Assembly (NCBI GenBank): GCA_963789265.1 | Contig: CAWBKB010000001.1 | Location: forward strand, 832,001 to 896,000 | Direction: 5' to 3' | Origin: an uncultured delta proteobacterium | GTDB taxonomy: Bacteria > Desulfobacterota > Desulfomonilia > Desulfomonilales > Desulfomonilaceae | DNA: 64,000 bases | Shown: positions 31,359 through 41,501 of the stretch, piece by piece | How positions within the stretch are numbered: the stretch's first letter is position 1 | How the letters are laid out: the number at the start of each line of letters is the position of its first letter | Notes under the pieces: model-generated | What the model was told of the DNA's origin: nothing | The model's database searches: none | Seen by the model: only the letters and a program-made list of their open reading frames with translations | Translations under genes and position numbers: made by a program

Positions 31359-32929
31359 AATCCATTCGCGTTCCGGTTCAGGTCCCATCTGAACCTCTAA
31401 CATTCCCGCTACGCCAGGCGGCTGACCGTTTTCCGAACAAAGTTGCTGTAATCGAACCGGAAGTTGACGGCCGCGAATGGACGTACCAGGCGCTGGAAGA
31501 CCGGTCTTCCGCGTTGGCAGCGTCGCTGGCTCACCTTGGAGTAATACCGGGAGATCGCGTGGCACTGTGGATGAAGAACAGCGCAGAGTACATGCTGTCG
31601 TTCTATGGAATCATGAAAGCCGGCGGAGTGGTAGTCCCGGTGAGCACTCATTACGGCGAACGCGAACTGAGCCATCAAGTTCGGGTGACCGAATCCGTGG
31701 GGATTATCGCCGCGGAAGACCGCTTATCACAGGTCTCGAACCGTGGAGCAAGCGCATTGGGCCTCCGTTTTGTGGTCTCGCAAGGCGCCGGCGCGTCTTC
31801 ACCGGAAGGCCGAATTCCTTTTTCTTCGCTGCTGGCCGAGAGCAAACGCTTGGATCGGTCCGTCGACAAAAAGGATTTGGATACACCGGCAGTTCTTCCG
31901 TTTTCCAGTGGTACCACCGGATTGCCCAAGGGGGTCGTGCTCACTCATTCCAATCTACTGCACAACCTCTATCAGGTAGTACAGGCCCACGGGGTGGGAC
32001 CGGACGACATTCTGCTAAATCAGCTCCCGTTCTTTCACATCTACGGGATGACAGTGCTCATGGGGGCAGCTATTTTAGCCGGCGCCACACAAGTTGTGGC
32101 CAGCCGCTTTCGCCCTGTAGATGAGTTTTTGGCTCTATTTGATAAGTACCGACCGACCTTATTTTTCACGGTTCCACTAATTTTGCAGGAGTTTTGCCAT
32201 CACCCGAAGGTCCCGTACATGGACTGGAGCGGCCTCCGGTACGTGAACACAGGCGGAGCGCCCCTTTCTCCGGAATTGCAGGCGCGTTTCACCCAGATTA
32301 CCGGCGTTTCGGTAATACAAGGATACGGCCTCACGGAATCGTCCCCTACAACCCACACTTCGCCTCTCAACAAGATCAAGGTGGGCTCCATCGGAACCCC
32401 TTTGTCGCTGACCGAACACAAAATTGTGGCCCCCGAAAGCGGTGAAGAGGTTGAGGTCGGTGAGGTGGGGGAACTTTGGCTGCGAGGACCTCAGGTGATG
32501 AGAGGATACTATAAGGATCCCCAGGCCACCGCCGTCACGCTGGTGGACGGATGGCTGCGGACTGGCGACTTGGCCAGGGAGGACGAGGACGGATATGTAT
32601 ACATTGTAGATCGCCTCAAGGAGTTGATCAAATGCAAGGGCTTCCAAGTGGCCCCTGCGGAGATCGAGCACATCCTTTTGGGTCATCCCGATGTCCTGGA
32701 TGCCGCGGTGATAGGGGAGCCTCACGCTGTGCAGGGCGAAGTACCGGTGGCATACGTTGTGGCACGTAACGGATCAGGCCTCTCCCCGGAATCCGTTATC
32801 GAATATGCGGCTGCCGGCATGGCAAGGTACAAACGGCTCTCCAAGGTAGTGTTCACCGATGCAATTCCCCGAAGCGCGTCCGGAAAAATCCTTAGAAGGG
32901 TCCCGAAAGAATCACACGTACGGGCCTAG
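31355..32929 (+). CDS. AMP-dependent acyl-CoA ligase (4-coumarate/long-chain-type)
   Basis: SSGTTGLPKGV, LPFFHIYG, QGYGLTE, GWLRTGD, DRLKELIK.KGFQVAPAE. Confidence 0.92.
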   Translation: MKSIRVPVQVPSEPLTFPLRQAADRFPNKVAVIEPEVDGREWTYQALEDRSSALAASLAHLGVIPGDRVALWMKNSAEYMLSFYGIMKAGGVVVPVSTHYGERELSHQVRVTESVGIIAAEDRLSQVSNRGASALGLRFVVSQGAGASSPEGRIPFSSLLAESKRLDRSVDKKDLDTPAVLPFSSGTTGLPKGVVLTHSNLLHNLYQVVQAHGVGPDDILLNQLPFFHIYGMTVLMGAAILAGATQVVASRFRPVDEFLALFDKYRPTLFFTVPLILQEFCHHPKVPYMDWSGLRYVNTGGAPLSPELQARFTQITGVSVIQGYGLTESSPTTHTSPLNKIKVGSIGTPLSLTEHKIVAPESGEEVEVGEVGELWLRGPQVMRGYYKDPQATAVTLVDGWLRTGDLAREDEDGYVYIVDRLKELIKCKGFQVAPAEIEHILLGHPDVLDAAVIGEPHAVQGEVPVAYVVARNGSGLSPESVIEYAAAGMARYKRLSKVVFTDAIPRSASGKILRRVPKESHVRA

Positions 32930-33331
32930 CAGCTTTTCATCGAACGAGTAGGTTTTGTGGGGGGCGATGCCGATTCGCTTTCAAACGGGTGACACTGTGT
33001 TTCAGGCAGGACCGGGTTCCAAACCCGCCACTACATTTCGTCATGCCCTCGTACGCGGGCATCGAGGAGGGCGGCCCGTGGCCGCCGTCCCGCGGTTCGC
33101 AGGATCGGGCATGGCCCGACCTACTCCGGATCTGGGTCCAGAGCGACGAATGGCGTGCAGTTTCACGTTCCGCGGGGACTGCCCCACTATATACCGGCTA
33201 GGATTGTCACTTCATTGGCGGCGCATTCCTTTAAAGGGACTCTCTTCCGATGGTGATTGTCGGAGTTTGACCTAAATGAAACAATGTGATAAAATTACTC
33301 AGTCTGTATGCCCAGTTGGAGAATAAAATCT

Positions 33332-33652
33332 ATGGTAAATCTACTTACAGTAGCTAGTATGCTAATGATGCTTATAATTCCATCCTTGGCGGCCTGCGAA
33401 GGGCAGGTCATGGATCGCACCGGCCGAGTGGTCGAGATAAGACAACGGAGCGGAGATACCACGTACGCGTATGACGGCAACCGGCACGCCGTTTATACTG
33501 CCACTTTGGTTAAGGGCGGAAAAGGAGCTCTGGATTTCCGAGACCATCATGGCGTGCATGTGGGTATAGCCGTTCGCGGTACCGCTCAGGAACTTCACCA
33601 GAAATGGGGCAGGGGACTGTTTAGCCCTGACCAAAATCAGAGCCAGCCTTGA
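33332..33652 (+). CDS. Small exported hypothetical protein, possibly a lipoprotein
   Basis: GGAG RBS, hydrophobic N-terminus ending in the lipobox-like LAAC. Confidence 0.55.
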   Translation: MVNLLTVASMLMMLIIPSLAACEGQVMDRTGRVVEIRQRSGDTTYAYDGNRHAVYTATLVKGGKGALDFRDHHGVHVGIAVRGTAQELHQKWGRGLFSPDQNQSQP

Positions 33653-33789
33653 CAGAGAGCATTCTACGATAACTTGACCGTTCACCGGGGATTTTACAAC
33701 CGGCGGGGAGGCCCGTCGTACCGGGATCATAGGGCCGGCATCTCCCCCGGCTAATGCCAACTCCCATAGCTAGAAAGCTACAACGAAAC

Positions 33790-33857
33790 ATGAAAACGTC
33801 AGTAGGACCGTCCCGAGCGGAACGCGGGATTGCCGGTCGGTAACAGGACGTTTTCAT
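33790..33857. repeat. Short element with 11-bp terminal inverted repeats; internal part related to 10628-10667
   Basis: ATGAAAACGTC...GACGTTTTCAT; shares CGTCAGTAGGA...AACGCGGGATTGCC.GTCG with the upstream copy. Confidence 0.6.
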
Positions 33858-34010
33858 AGGAATTCGTATTCAAAATCCGCCCTTCCCCCATAGGCGTTAG
33901 AGTAGCTCCGCGGGCCGAGGATTTTCACCTCTTTCGAAAAGGAGGGCAGGGGGTTAGGGGGGATTTCACTTCATCATTGAACGCAAGTTCGCCCCCCCTG
34001 AACGACGAAA

Positions 34011-34160
34011 AGCCCATGCGCTTTGGTCAGGCGTTGAGAGGTGAGCCGTGTTCCTCGCATCAGTCCTAAAGCCCACCCCTCGTCTGACCGAGGACTCATT
34101 CCTCTTGTCCTCGCACATGGGCTCCCTGGAAGGGAGACTTCCAAGTTCCTCCCCCTCCAT
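34011..34160 (-). ncRNA. Candidate structured non-coding RNA (three-way junction, GGA-rich loops)
   Basis: Four flush-stacked helices readable by eye; G-U wobbles mostly favour the minus strand. Confidence 0.4.
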
Positions 34161-34197
34161 TTAGTTTTGTCACATCAGACGGGTTTTAGTTCCAGCC

Positions 34198-34233
34198 AAA
34201 AAAAGAAAAGCCCCCGGCAAAACCGGCGGGCTT
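34198..34233 (-). terminator. Rho-independent terminator
   Basis: Minus strand AAGCCCGCCGG-UUUUG-CCGGGGGCUU followed by UUCUUUUUUU. Confidence 0.8.
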
Positions 34234-34280
34234 GCACTCACGAGTCTTGGAGGTGACCGGTGAGGCGATGCATTAAACAT
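34198..34280 (-). ncRNA. Candidate sRNA of about 83 nt with an anti-Shine-Dalgarno loop
   Basis: Promoter TTGCTT-N18-TAATCT with extended -10 TG (34314-34285), hairpin CUCAC/GUGAG enclosing CACCUCC, intrinsic terminator. Confidence 0.5.
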
Positions 34281-34404
34281 CGGAAGATTAACAAAACGCC
34301 CGCACGGAAAGCAAGCATTATTTCACGGCAATGAGCCTCATTGAATCCATCTATCGACACAACTTCATCTTAATGTATCGCATCAATGACATCATATAAA
34401 CTGT

Positions 34405-34433
34405 TTGCACTATAGCATAATTTGTAGTATGTT
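34405..34433 (+). promoter_or_regulatory. Candidate sigma70 promoter of xerC-hslVU
   Basis: TTGCAC-N17-TATGTT in an AT-rich stretch. Confidence 0.5.
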
Positions 34434-34485
34434 TTCTGTAATTTATATTGTTCGTCCGCTTCCGTTTCGGAAACCCGAGGTTTTC

Positions 34486-35427
34486 TTGAATTTTGACGAG
34501 GCCCTCCAACTTTTCTTGCGCCACCTTGCAACCGAGAAAGTCCGTTCATCGGAGACCGTGCGGGCATATACAGCGGATCTCCGCGGATTTCGGGACTATA
34601 TGCAAGCCCGGAAGCTGACAAAGCAATTGCAACGCGTGGATGAGATCGACGCTTTCCACGTTCGTGGATTTCTGGCTGCCCGATTCGGTCATATCAAAAA
34701 AGTTTCAGTTGGACGGAAGCTTGCCGCGGTCAGAACGTTTTTCCGATTTCTCGTGCGGGAGCGAGTTATTGCAACAAACCCTGCTGCGGGAATTCGAGCG
34801 CCCAAACGTGAGAAGCCCTTACCCAGAGCGCTTAGCGTAGATGAGGTCGACCGCTTTTTTTCTCGGAATCCTCACATGAAATGTCGTGATTTGGCGGTGT
34901 TCGAGCTGCTATATTCATCCGGACTACGCGTGGGAGAACTCACTTCGCTGAAGGTTCAGGATGTGGACCTGAACAATGGCTGGGTTAGAGTAGTGGGTAA
35001 GGGGAATAAGGAAAGATACGTGCCGGTGGGTTCACGCGCAGTGAGCGCCTTGCAAGCTTATCTTCCTTTTCGTGCAGGCCTGGAACTCCAAGCCCGGCCT
35101 CGGCACCCCAATGAATCGCTCTTTTTGAACTCACGGGGAGGGCCGTTGTCTTCGCGAAGTATCCGACGTATACTCAAGCCGTATCTGGACACCGCGGCCA
35201 TTGCCAGAGACGCTTCGCCTCATGCCTTCAGACACTCGTTTGCCACTCACATGCTTCATGGAGGAGCAGATCTGCGGTCTATTCAGGAGTTGCTCGGGCA
35301 TGCCAGTCTGTCCACAACGCAACGTTATACACAGGCTGATCTGCACCGCCTGATGGAAGTATATGACCGAACTCACCCTAGAAGCGGGGCCTTGGGCAAT
35401 AACGAGAAGCGTGAGAAAAAACCGTAA
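34486..35427 (+). CDS. xerC: Tyrosine recombinase XerC
   Basis: Catalytic set GLRVGEL, GKGNKER, HAFRHSFATH, LLGH, TQRY; xerC-hslV-hslU synteny. Confidence 0.88.
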   Translation: MNFDEALQLFLRHLATEKVRSSETVRAYTADLRGFRDYMQARKLTKQLQRVDEIDAFHVRGFLAARFGHIKKVSVGRKLAAVRTFFRFLVRERVIATNPAAGIRAPKREKPLPRALSVDEVDRFFSRNPHMKCRDLAVFELLYSSGLRVGELTSLKVQDVDLNNGWVRVVGKGNKERYVPVGSRAVSALQAYLPFRAGLELQARPRHPNESLFLNSRGGPLSSRSIRRILKPYLDTAAIARDASPHAFRHSFATHMLHGGADLRSIQELLGHASLSTTQRYTQADLHRLMEVYDRTHPRSGALGNNEKREKKP

Positions 35428-35505
35428 ACAAGCTATCAGGCTAGCTCTTTGGCGCGAATTCTCGTGTTTGACGGCGATAGAAACGGCTGGTAGCGGGACA
35501 CGACG

Positions 35506-36063
35506 ATGACCTTTGAAAAAACTCGTTCCACCACAGTCCTGTGCGTCAGGCGTGGCGACCAGGTAGTGATGGCAGGTGACGGCCAGGTGTCGCTCGGGGA
35601 CACCGTGGTAAAGCATTCGGCTCGCAAAGTGCGCCGACTTGGAAAGAGCGACAACATTCTCGCCGGGTTCGCGGGCTCCACGGCCGACGCCTTGACGCTA
35701 TTGGAGAAATTCGAACAGATGCTGGAAAAGTATTCGAATAATCTCACGAGGGCCGCGGTGGAACTGGCTAAAGAATGGCGGACAGATCGGATGCTCAGGC
35801 GTTTGGAGGCCCTGCTAATCGTTGCTGACATTGACAAAACCCTACTCCTTTCCGGAAACGGCGATGTGGTGGAACCTGACGACGGTATCATTGCAATCGG
35901 TTCCGGAGGGAACTATGCTTTAGCGGCGGCACGTGCGCTTTCGATGCACACAGATATGGGGCCGGCTGAAATCGCGACTGTCGCAATGGCCATTACAGCC
36001 GGGATCTGCGTGTACACCAACGACAAACTGGTCATGGAAGTACTGGAAGCCGGGCACCGCTGA
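35506..36063 (+). CDS. hslV: ATP-dependent protease subunit HslV
   Basis: [29 protein letters not shown]. Confidence 0.97.
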   Translation: MTFEKTRSTTVLCVRRGDQVVMAGDGQVSLGDTVVKHSARKVRRLGKSDNILAGFAGSTADALTLLEKFEQMLEKYSNNLTRAAVELAKEWRTDRMLRRLEALLIVADIDKTLLLSGNGDVVEPDDGIIAIGSGGNYALAAARALSMHTDMGPAEIATVAMAITAGICVYTNDKLVMEVLEAGHR

Positions 36064-36094
36064 AGAAAGACCAGACTATAGGTCGCAATAAACT

Positions 36095-37465
36095 ATGGAA
36101 ACCTTTACACCTCGGAAGATAGTTGCGGAACTTGACAAATATATAATCGGTCAGGATGTGGCCAAGAAAATGGTGGCGATCGCTCTTCGGAACCGTTGGC
36201 GGCGCAGACAGGTTCCGGAAGAGCTTCGTGACGAGATCGCTCCGAAAAACATTATCATGATCGGTCCAACAGGTGTGGGGAAGACCGAAATCGCTCGGCG
36301 GCTAGCGAAGCTTGCTCAATCCCCGTTCCTGAAGGTAGAGGCCTCAAAATTTACCGAGGTCGGTTATGTTGGGCGCGATGTAGAATCCATGATCAGGGAC
36401 CTCATGGAAATCGGGATCAATATGATAAAGGAGGAGGAGGACGAGGCCCTTCGGCCAAAGGCCGAGGAACTGGCGGAAGAGCGGCTCCTGGACATACTTC
36501 TCCCCATGCGGTCGCCTCGAAAGCTTCGACGTGCGCAAATAGGACCTTCGCAGCAGGAGCCGAGCGATGAGATGGAGGTGGCCCAGCGTACGCGAGAGAA
36601 GTTTAAGAAGATGTTGCGGAACGGCAGATTGAACGACCGAGAGGTGGAAATTGAAACTCAGGTTAGCTCGATTCCTGTCGTTGAGGTATTTTCTCCGGCT
36701 GGAATGGAGGAGATGGATATCAATCTCAAAGATATGTTCTCCAATATTTTCCCGAGCAAGGCCAAGCGGCGTAAGGTGAAGGTGCCGGAAGCGCGCCAGA
36801 TGTTGGTTCAGGAGGAACTCAGCAAGCTCATTGACACGGACAAAGTGGCGAAAATGGCCAAGGAGCGCGTCGAACAGACCGGTATAGTATTCATTGACGA
36901 GCTGGATAAAATTGCAGGCTCACATTCGGCCCAGTACGGCCCGGACGTCTCCAGGGAAGGGGTGCAACGGGACTTACTTCCGATAATAGAGGGGTCCACC
37001 GTCAACACAAAACATGGAGTAGTAAGGACCGACCACATCCTCTTTGTAGCTGCCGGCGCTTTTCATGTTTCCAAGCCTTCCGACCTGATCCCGGAGATTC
37101 AAGGAAGATTCCCGCTCAGAGCCGAGCTGTCCGCTCTCAGCCGCGCGGACTTCGTGCGCATCCTCACGGAACCCAAGAACGCGCTCGTGACTCAGTATGA
37201 GGAATTGCTCAAGACCGAAGGGGTCAAACTGGAGTTTGAGGAGGAGGCCATCCGGGAAATAGCCACTATGGCAGAGGAAGTCAATCTGCGCGCAGAGAAC
37301 ATCGGTGCCCGCCGACTTCACACCATAATGGAGAAACTTCTCGAGGAGGTCTCATTCGAAGCGCCGGACATGCAGGGAGTAACAGTACGAATTACTCCGG
37401 AGATGGTCCGTGAAAGGCTTCGAGAGATAGTCAAGAGCGACGACTTGAGCCGCTACATTCTTTGA
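36095..37465 (+). CDS. hslU: ATP-dependent protease ATPase HslU
   Basis: [31 protein letters not shown]-terminal LSRYIL. Confidence 0.97.
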   Translation: METFTPRKIVAELDKYIIGQDVAKKMVAIALRNRWRRRQVPEELRDEIAPKNIIMIGPTGVGKTEIARRLAKLAQSPFLKVEASKFTEVGYVGRDVESMIRDLMEIGINMIKEEEDEALRPKAEELAEERLLDILLPMRSPRKLRRAQIGPSQQEPSDEMEVAQRTREKFKKMLRNGRLNDREVEIETQVSSIPVVEVFSPAGMEEMDINLKDMFSNIFPSKAKRRKVKVPEARQMLVQEELSKLIDTDKVAKMAKERVEQTGIVFIDELDKIAGSHSAQYGPDVSREGVQRDLLPIIEGSTVNTKHGVVRTDHILFVAAGAFHVSKPSDLIPEIQGRFPLRAELSALSRADFVRILTEPKNALVTQYEELLKTEGVKLEFEEEAIREIATMAEEVNLRAENIGARRLHTIMEKLLEEVSFEAPDMQGVTVRITPEMVRERLREIVKSDDLSRYIL

Positions 37466-37476
37466 TGGAATGGTGG

Positions 37477-37503
37477 CCGGAAGGGGAGAGGATTCCCTTC
37501 CGG
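37477..37503. terminator. Hairpin between convergent genes
   Basis: CCGGAAGGG-N9-CCCTTCCGG; no clear U tract. Confidence 0.45.
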
Positions 37504-37514
37504 ACAAGTCATCA

Positions 37515-37802
37515 TCATTTCTTGGAAGCCGCCGCGCGCTTGGAAGCTTTAAGTGGGTTGATTTTCTGACTGGTCTCGACTGCCTTCTTCTGTAGGTGAG
37601 TAGCGAAGTTGCAAGACCCGCGGGCCCATTTGGTGGAAGGATTGGGAGCGACGGCGCAGAAGGTGCCTTCATCAAAGGTGACTGTCCGGGAGCATCCCTC
37701 GCAGGTATCGACGACCGTGTGGCAGCGGCCGCCGTTGAAATTGCACCCTTTCCTGGTCATAAATGCACACTCGACTCCCTTTTTCAAGGTTACGCACTGC
37801 AT
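37515..37802 (-). CDS. PxxKW-family cysteine-rich protein
   Basis: C...C.FM...GC...GG.C..V...CEGC, PSTKW..G.CNFATH, KINPLKASKR; GGAGG RBS. Confidence 0.85.
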   Translation of the reverse strand: MQCVTLKKGVECAFMTRKGCNFNGGRCHTVVDTCEGCSRTVTFDEGTFCAVAPNPSTKWARGSCNFATHLQKKAVETSQKINPLKASKRAAASKK

Positions 37803-38131
37803 TTCTTTTTCCTCCGGTTTGAATATAGGGAAATGGGGGGAGAATCCGGCCCTCCCTATTATTGAATCTCTTAGTATAACATCCGACCGTCAGAGTTCAA
37901 CTAGGTTCTCGGAGTCGCGCAAACTTTTTTTCGTCTTGAACCGGAAATTTCGATCGCTCACAATCGCCGGCTAAGGGCAAATTCGGCTAAGTAAATAATA
38001 ATCCTAATGGTTGATTGACAAACATAACCGTAACCTGGCCCTCGCTTGAAAGCTAAATCAACGCCACAGAGCATGGGTCAATTATGGCGCTATCCAATGC
38101 CCTCGGCTACGCGGCACCAAACATCCTGAAC

Positions 38132-38293
38132 TTATCTTCCCGCCTGCCTGTCGGCCTTTTCTCTACGCCTGAAGGCTCTTTTCAATTGCCAATGCTTGAA
38201 GCCGATGTACGCCCGCTCCCAAAATACCAGGGCGCCGGCAATGCTGAGAATTGCCACCAGGAGGAATCGGTAGGGCCATTCGAGTTCTTGCAC
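38132..38293 (-). CDS. Small single-TM hypothetical protein (53 aa)
   Basis: GGAGG-N4-GTG start, hydrophobic FLLVAILSIAGALVFW, basic tail. Confidence 0.55.
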   Translation of the reverse strand: MQELEWPYRFLLVAILSIAGALVFWERAYIGFKHWQLKRAFRRREKADRQAGR

Positions 38294-38531
38294 CTTGCCT
38301 CCCCACAAGAATCGTTGGTGTATTAAGGAATATCGAAACAGCAACTCCTCGTCAAGTCTAGATTTACAAAGCTCAAGCTCGCAATTGCCGGATTGGCGGC
38401 TTCCACGAACGCTCTCCACATGTCAAAATCAATTAATTTCATTATAATGTGAAAAGCCCTTTCCGGTCGGTTAAAAAAAATGAGCCTTCCCAAGTTTGCG
38501 ATTTTCCGGACAATCTCTTGAGGTCAGTTGC

Positions 38532-39752
38532 GTGAAACGACGTATCTACATGGACAATGCTGCCACCACCTTCCCCAAGCCCCAAGGTGTAACGGAGGCG
38601 ATGGTTCATTTCATGCAAAACATAGGGGCCAACCCGGGCAGATCAAAACACGATCTCTCCCTGGAGGCTTCGACAATTGTCGACGGGACGCGCAAAAAAC
38701 TGGCGTTACTCTTTAATGTGCCCGATCCCAAACGTATCGTCTTTACACTCAACGCAACCGAATCCTTGAATACGGTTATCTACGGCGTTCTGAAGCCAGG
38801 CGACCACGTTGTGATTACCCAGATGGAACACAATTCCGTGATTCGACCAGTGCGACATCTGGAAGAGATCGGCGTGGTCACGGTCTCTGTCGCTCCTTGC
38901 AACAAGATGGGGGAACTGGATATTGAGTCCTTGAGGGAATTGATGCGGGACAACACCGCTCTTGTGGCACTTAATCATGCTTCAAACGTGTGCGGAACGA
39001 TCCAGAATATTGCGGCGGTGAGAGAGGCTGTCGGACAAGTCCCTCTGCTCCTTGATGCGGCCCAGACCGCGGGAGCGCTTCCCATAGACGTTCAGGCGAT
39101 GGGCGTCGATTTTCTCGCATTCACGGGGCACAAAGGACTGTACGGACCCCAAGGAACAGGCGGACTATACGTGAGAGAAGAGTTGGCCATCCGACCGCTC
39201 AAGCGCGGCGGAACCGGCAGTGTTTCCGATCGGGAACTACAGCCTGATTTCTTTCCGGATGCGCTTGAAAGCGGGACTCGGAACAATGTAGGAATTGCCG
39301 GTCTCGGCGCCAGTCTGGACTTCATACTGCGGACAGGTGTGAATACTATTCGACGGCACGAGATGGATCTTCTTCAAAATTTTATCGACGGTCTCATCGA
39401 CGTGCCGGGCATCACCCTCTACGGCCCGCTTGAACCTGAAACGCAGATGCCCATCCTATCAGTCACTTTCGACAGGGCGCTACCGGATGGGCTTAGCGTC
39501 TCGTTCGGCGGTTGCGGGGGCAGGTCCATCCCCGCGACGTTCGAGACGCTTCATCCTGAGGAAGCGGGAACTCTACTGCAGGATCGCTATGAAATATCCG
39601 TACGTGTGGGTCTTCACTGCGCTCCGTTGGCTCACAAAGCGCTGGGAACATTTCCTGACGGAACCGTGCGCTTCAGCCTCGGTTACTTCAACACGCTTGA
39701 AGAGGTGGAGCTTGCAGTGGAAGCGATCAAGCGAATAGCCGAAAAGGGATAA
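38532..39752 (+). CDS. Cysteine desulfurase-family class V aminotransferase
   Basis: YMDNAATTFPKP, EHNSV, LDAAQTAG, FTGHKGLYGPQGTGG, GLHCAPLAH. Confidence 0.9.
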   Translation: MKRRIYMDNAATTFPKPQGVTEAMVHFMQNIGANPGRSKHDLSLEASTIVDGTRKKLALLFNVPDPKRIVFTLNATESLNTVIYGVLKPGDHVVITQMEHNSVIRPVRHLEEIGVVTVSVAPCNKMGELDIESLRELMRDNTALVALNHASNVCGTIQNIAAVREAVGQVPLLLDAAQTAGALPIDVQAMGVDFLAFTGHKGLYGPQGTGGLYVREELAIRPLKRGGTGSVSDRELQPDFFPDALESGTRNNVGIAGLGASLDFILRTGVNTIRRHEMDLLQNFIDGLIDVPGITLYGPLEPETQMPILSVTFDRALPDGLSVSFGGCGGRSIPATFETLHPEEAGTLLQDRYEISVRVGLHCAPLAHKALGTFPDGTVRFSLGYFNTLEEVELAVEAIKRIAEKG

Positions 39753-39762
39753 GAGCGGACCA

Positions 39763-40560
39763 TTATGAATTCTCCTTCTCGGAACCCCTTCTCCCCGTGT
39801 GGGTTTCCGCTCCCAAGCGGTTGATCATGGTCGCCGCGTACGCTGCCCCAAAGCCGTTATCGATATTGACAACCACCACTCCGGGGGCACAGGAGTTCAA
39901 CATGCCGAGAAGCGCAGCGATTCCACCGAAAGACGCTCCATAACCGATCGAAGTTGGTACAGCTATGACGGGCCTGTCAACCAGGCCGCCGATCACGCTC
40001 GGCAGCGCGCCTTCCATTCCCGCTACGGCAATGATGACCGATGCCGAGCGCAGCTTCTCGCTGTTCGTCAGCAGCCTGTGAATCCCTGCCACCCCCACGT
40101 CGCAGAGTGTTTCCACACGGTTCCCCAGCGCGTACGCCGTGACTTTGGCTTCCTCAGCCACGGGTATATCGGAACTACCCGCGCATACGACCAACACTGT
40201 TCCTTTGCCCGTTATCTCGATCGGTTTGCGACAGTACAAGAGAGTCCTGGCCTCAGCATTATGCTGGAGTCCGGAAACTTCTCCGAGAATCTTACCGGCC
40301 TTGACCTCATCGACCCGGGTTATCAACACAGTGTCTTGCCGAGCCTGAAGACTTTTGAAAATTCCGATAATCTGCTCGGCAGTCTTCCCCTCCCCGAAGA
40401 TCACCTCCGGAAAACCAAGGCGCACCGCGCGGTGATGATCCACAGCCGCGAAGCCGAGGTCTTCGGTCTGAAGATCCTGGAAGATGCGGCTCGCCTCTTC
40501 GGGGGACAAGCGGCCTTCCTTGACCTCATCGAGTATGCTCATTAATCGCAGTCGATCCAA
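39763..40560 (-). CDS. larB: Nickel-pincer cofactor biosynthesis protein LarB (AIR carboxylase family)
   Basis: DHHR..R.GFPEVIFGEGKT, DVGVAGIHRL, AGMEGALPS, NIDNGFGA. Confidence 0.92.
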   Translation of the reverse strand: MDRLRLMSILDEVKEGRLSPEEASRIFQDLQTEDLGFAAVDHHRAVRLGFPEVIFGEGKTAEQIIGIFKSLQARQDTVLITRVDEVKAGKILGEVSGLQHNAEARTLLYCRKPIEITGKGTVLVVCAGSSDIPVAEEAKVTAYALGNRVETLCDVGVAGIHRLLTNSEKLRSASVIIAVAGMEGALPSVIGGLVDRPVIAVPTSIGYGASFGGIAALLGMLNSCAPGVVVVNIDNGFGAAYAATMINRLGAETHTGRRGSEKENS

Positions 40561-40913
40561 ACTCTTTCTCTCCGTATATCGGCCTAGGGCCGTGAATGCG
40601 CGGCCGGCCGGGGGCCGAATTTGCAGGGTCGGGGGAATTCGATATTTTCTTGTCGGGAATAGGCCCGGATAGCAAAAACTGGGAGAGCGGATAAAGGAAA
40701 GCCCCGGAAAGGAGGATGAGAACCGGGGCTTCGCATGGGGAAAAGGTATGTTGAGCAGCGGGCTACGCCACCCGCTGGGTTGCATGCGTTAAAACATGAT
40801 TCCGGATGGTTGTCAAGTATATTTAAAGTTATTTCTATAAATGAACTCATTTTATGAAACCGTAATATAATATTATTTATGTAACCATAAGTAATATAAA
40901 AGGTATCCATTGA

Positions 40914-41360
40914 TTACGTCAATGACCGGATCACGTCCACCTTGCCCACAATCCCCACCAACCTCCCCCCCTCGATCACCGGCAGGGTATACAACTTCCT
41001 TTCGCTCATGATTCGCGCCACTTCGGACAAGTCAGTGTCCGGCTCGACGGAGACCGCGGGTCGGGAATAGATGTCTCCGACGGTGGTCGCTGCGAGTCGT
41101 TTGAATTCCTTCTGTAGCCGCCACGGGTTTTCGAGGGGTATCACCGAGTCCAGGATCACAAACACGGTAGGTATGTGCAGGGGTCTGTTCTGGTCGACCA
41201 AATCAGATTCGCACACCACACCCAGGACCTTTCCTTTGTCGTCGACCACCGGGGCTCCGTTGATATTGTTTTCAGCCAGAATGTTGGCCAGTTCACGTAG
41301 CGAGGTCTCCGGGGTCACGGTGATTACATCGCGGGTCATAACGTCTGCTACCTTTGGCAT
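40914..41360 (-). CDS. CBS-domain protein
   Basis: Two CBS repeats; GGAGG RBS. Confidence 0.9.
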   Translation of the reverse strand: MPKVADVMTRDVITVTPETSLRELANILAENNINGAPVVDDKGKVLGVVCESDLVDQNRPLHIPTVFVILDSVIPLENPWRLQKEFKRLAATTVGDIYSRPAVSVEPDTDLSEVARIMSERKLYTLPVIEGGRLVGIVGKVDVIRSLT

Positions 41361-41501
41361 CTTTTCCTCCTTATCATCCCACGTCGCCTTGCTGAGTTGC
41401 AGGGACACGAAAGTGCTTGTGTTGCTGTTGTATGTTCCGCATCATACAGGATAATGACTCGATCCGGACAGAGGAAGTCCCCTGTAATGAAGGAGAATAC
41501 C

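Noticed and set aside
33966..34160. 64-aa minus-strand ORF
   Set aside because: No RBS or protein-like features; the region is better explained as structured RNA
34410..34437. Weak dif-like ATAA-N6-GTATGTT upstream of xerC
   Set aside because: Poor match to the XerD arm; it coincides with the probable sigma70 promoter
34486..35427. Tyrosine recombinase as a phage or island integrase
   Set aside because: Size, motifs and xerC-hslV-hslU synteny indicate housekeeping XerC; no att sites or phage genes nearby
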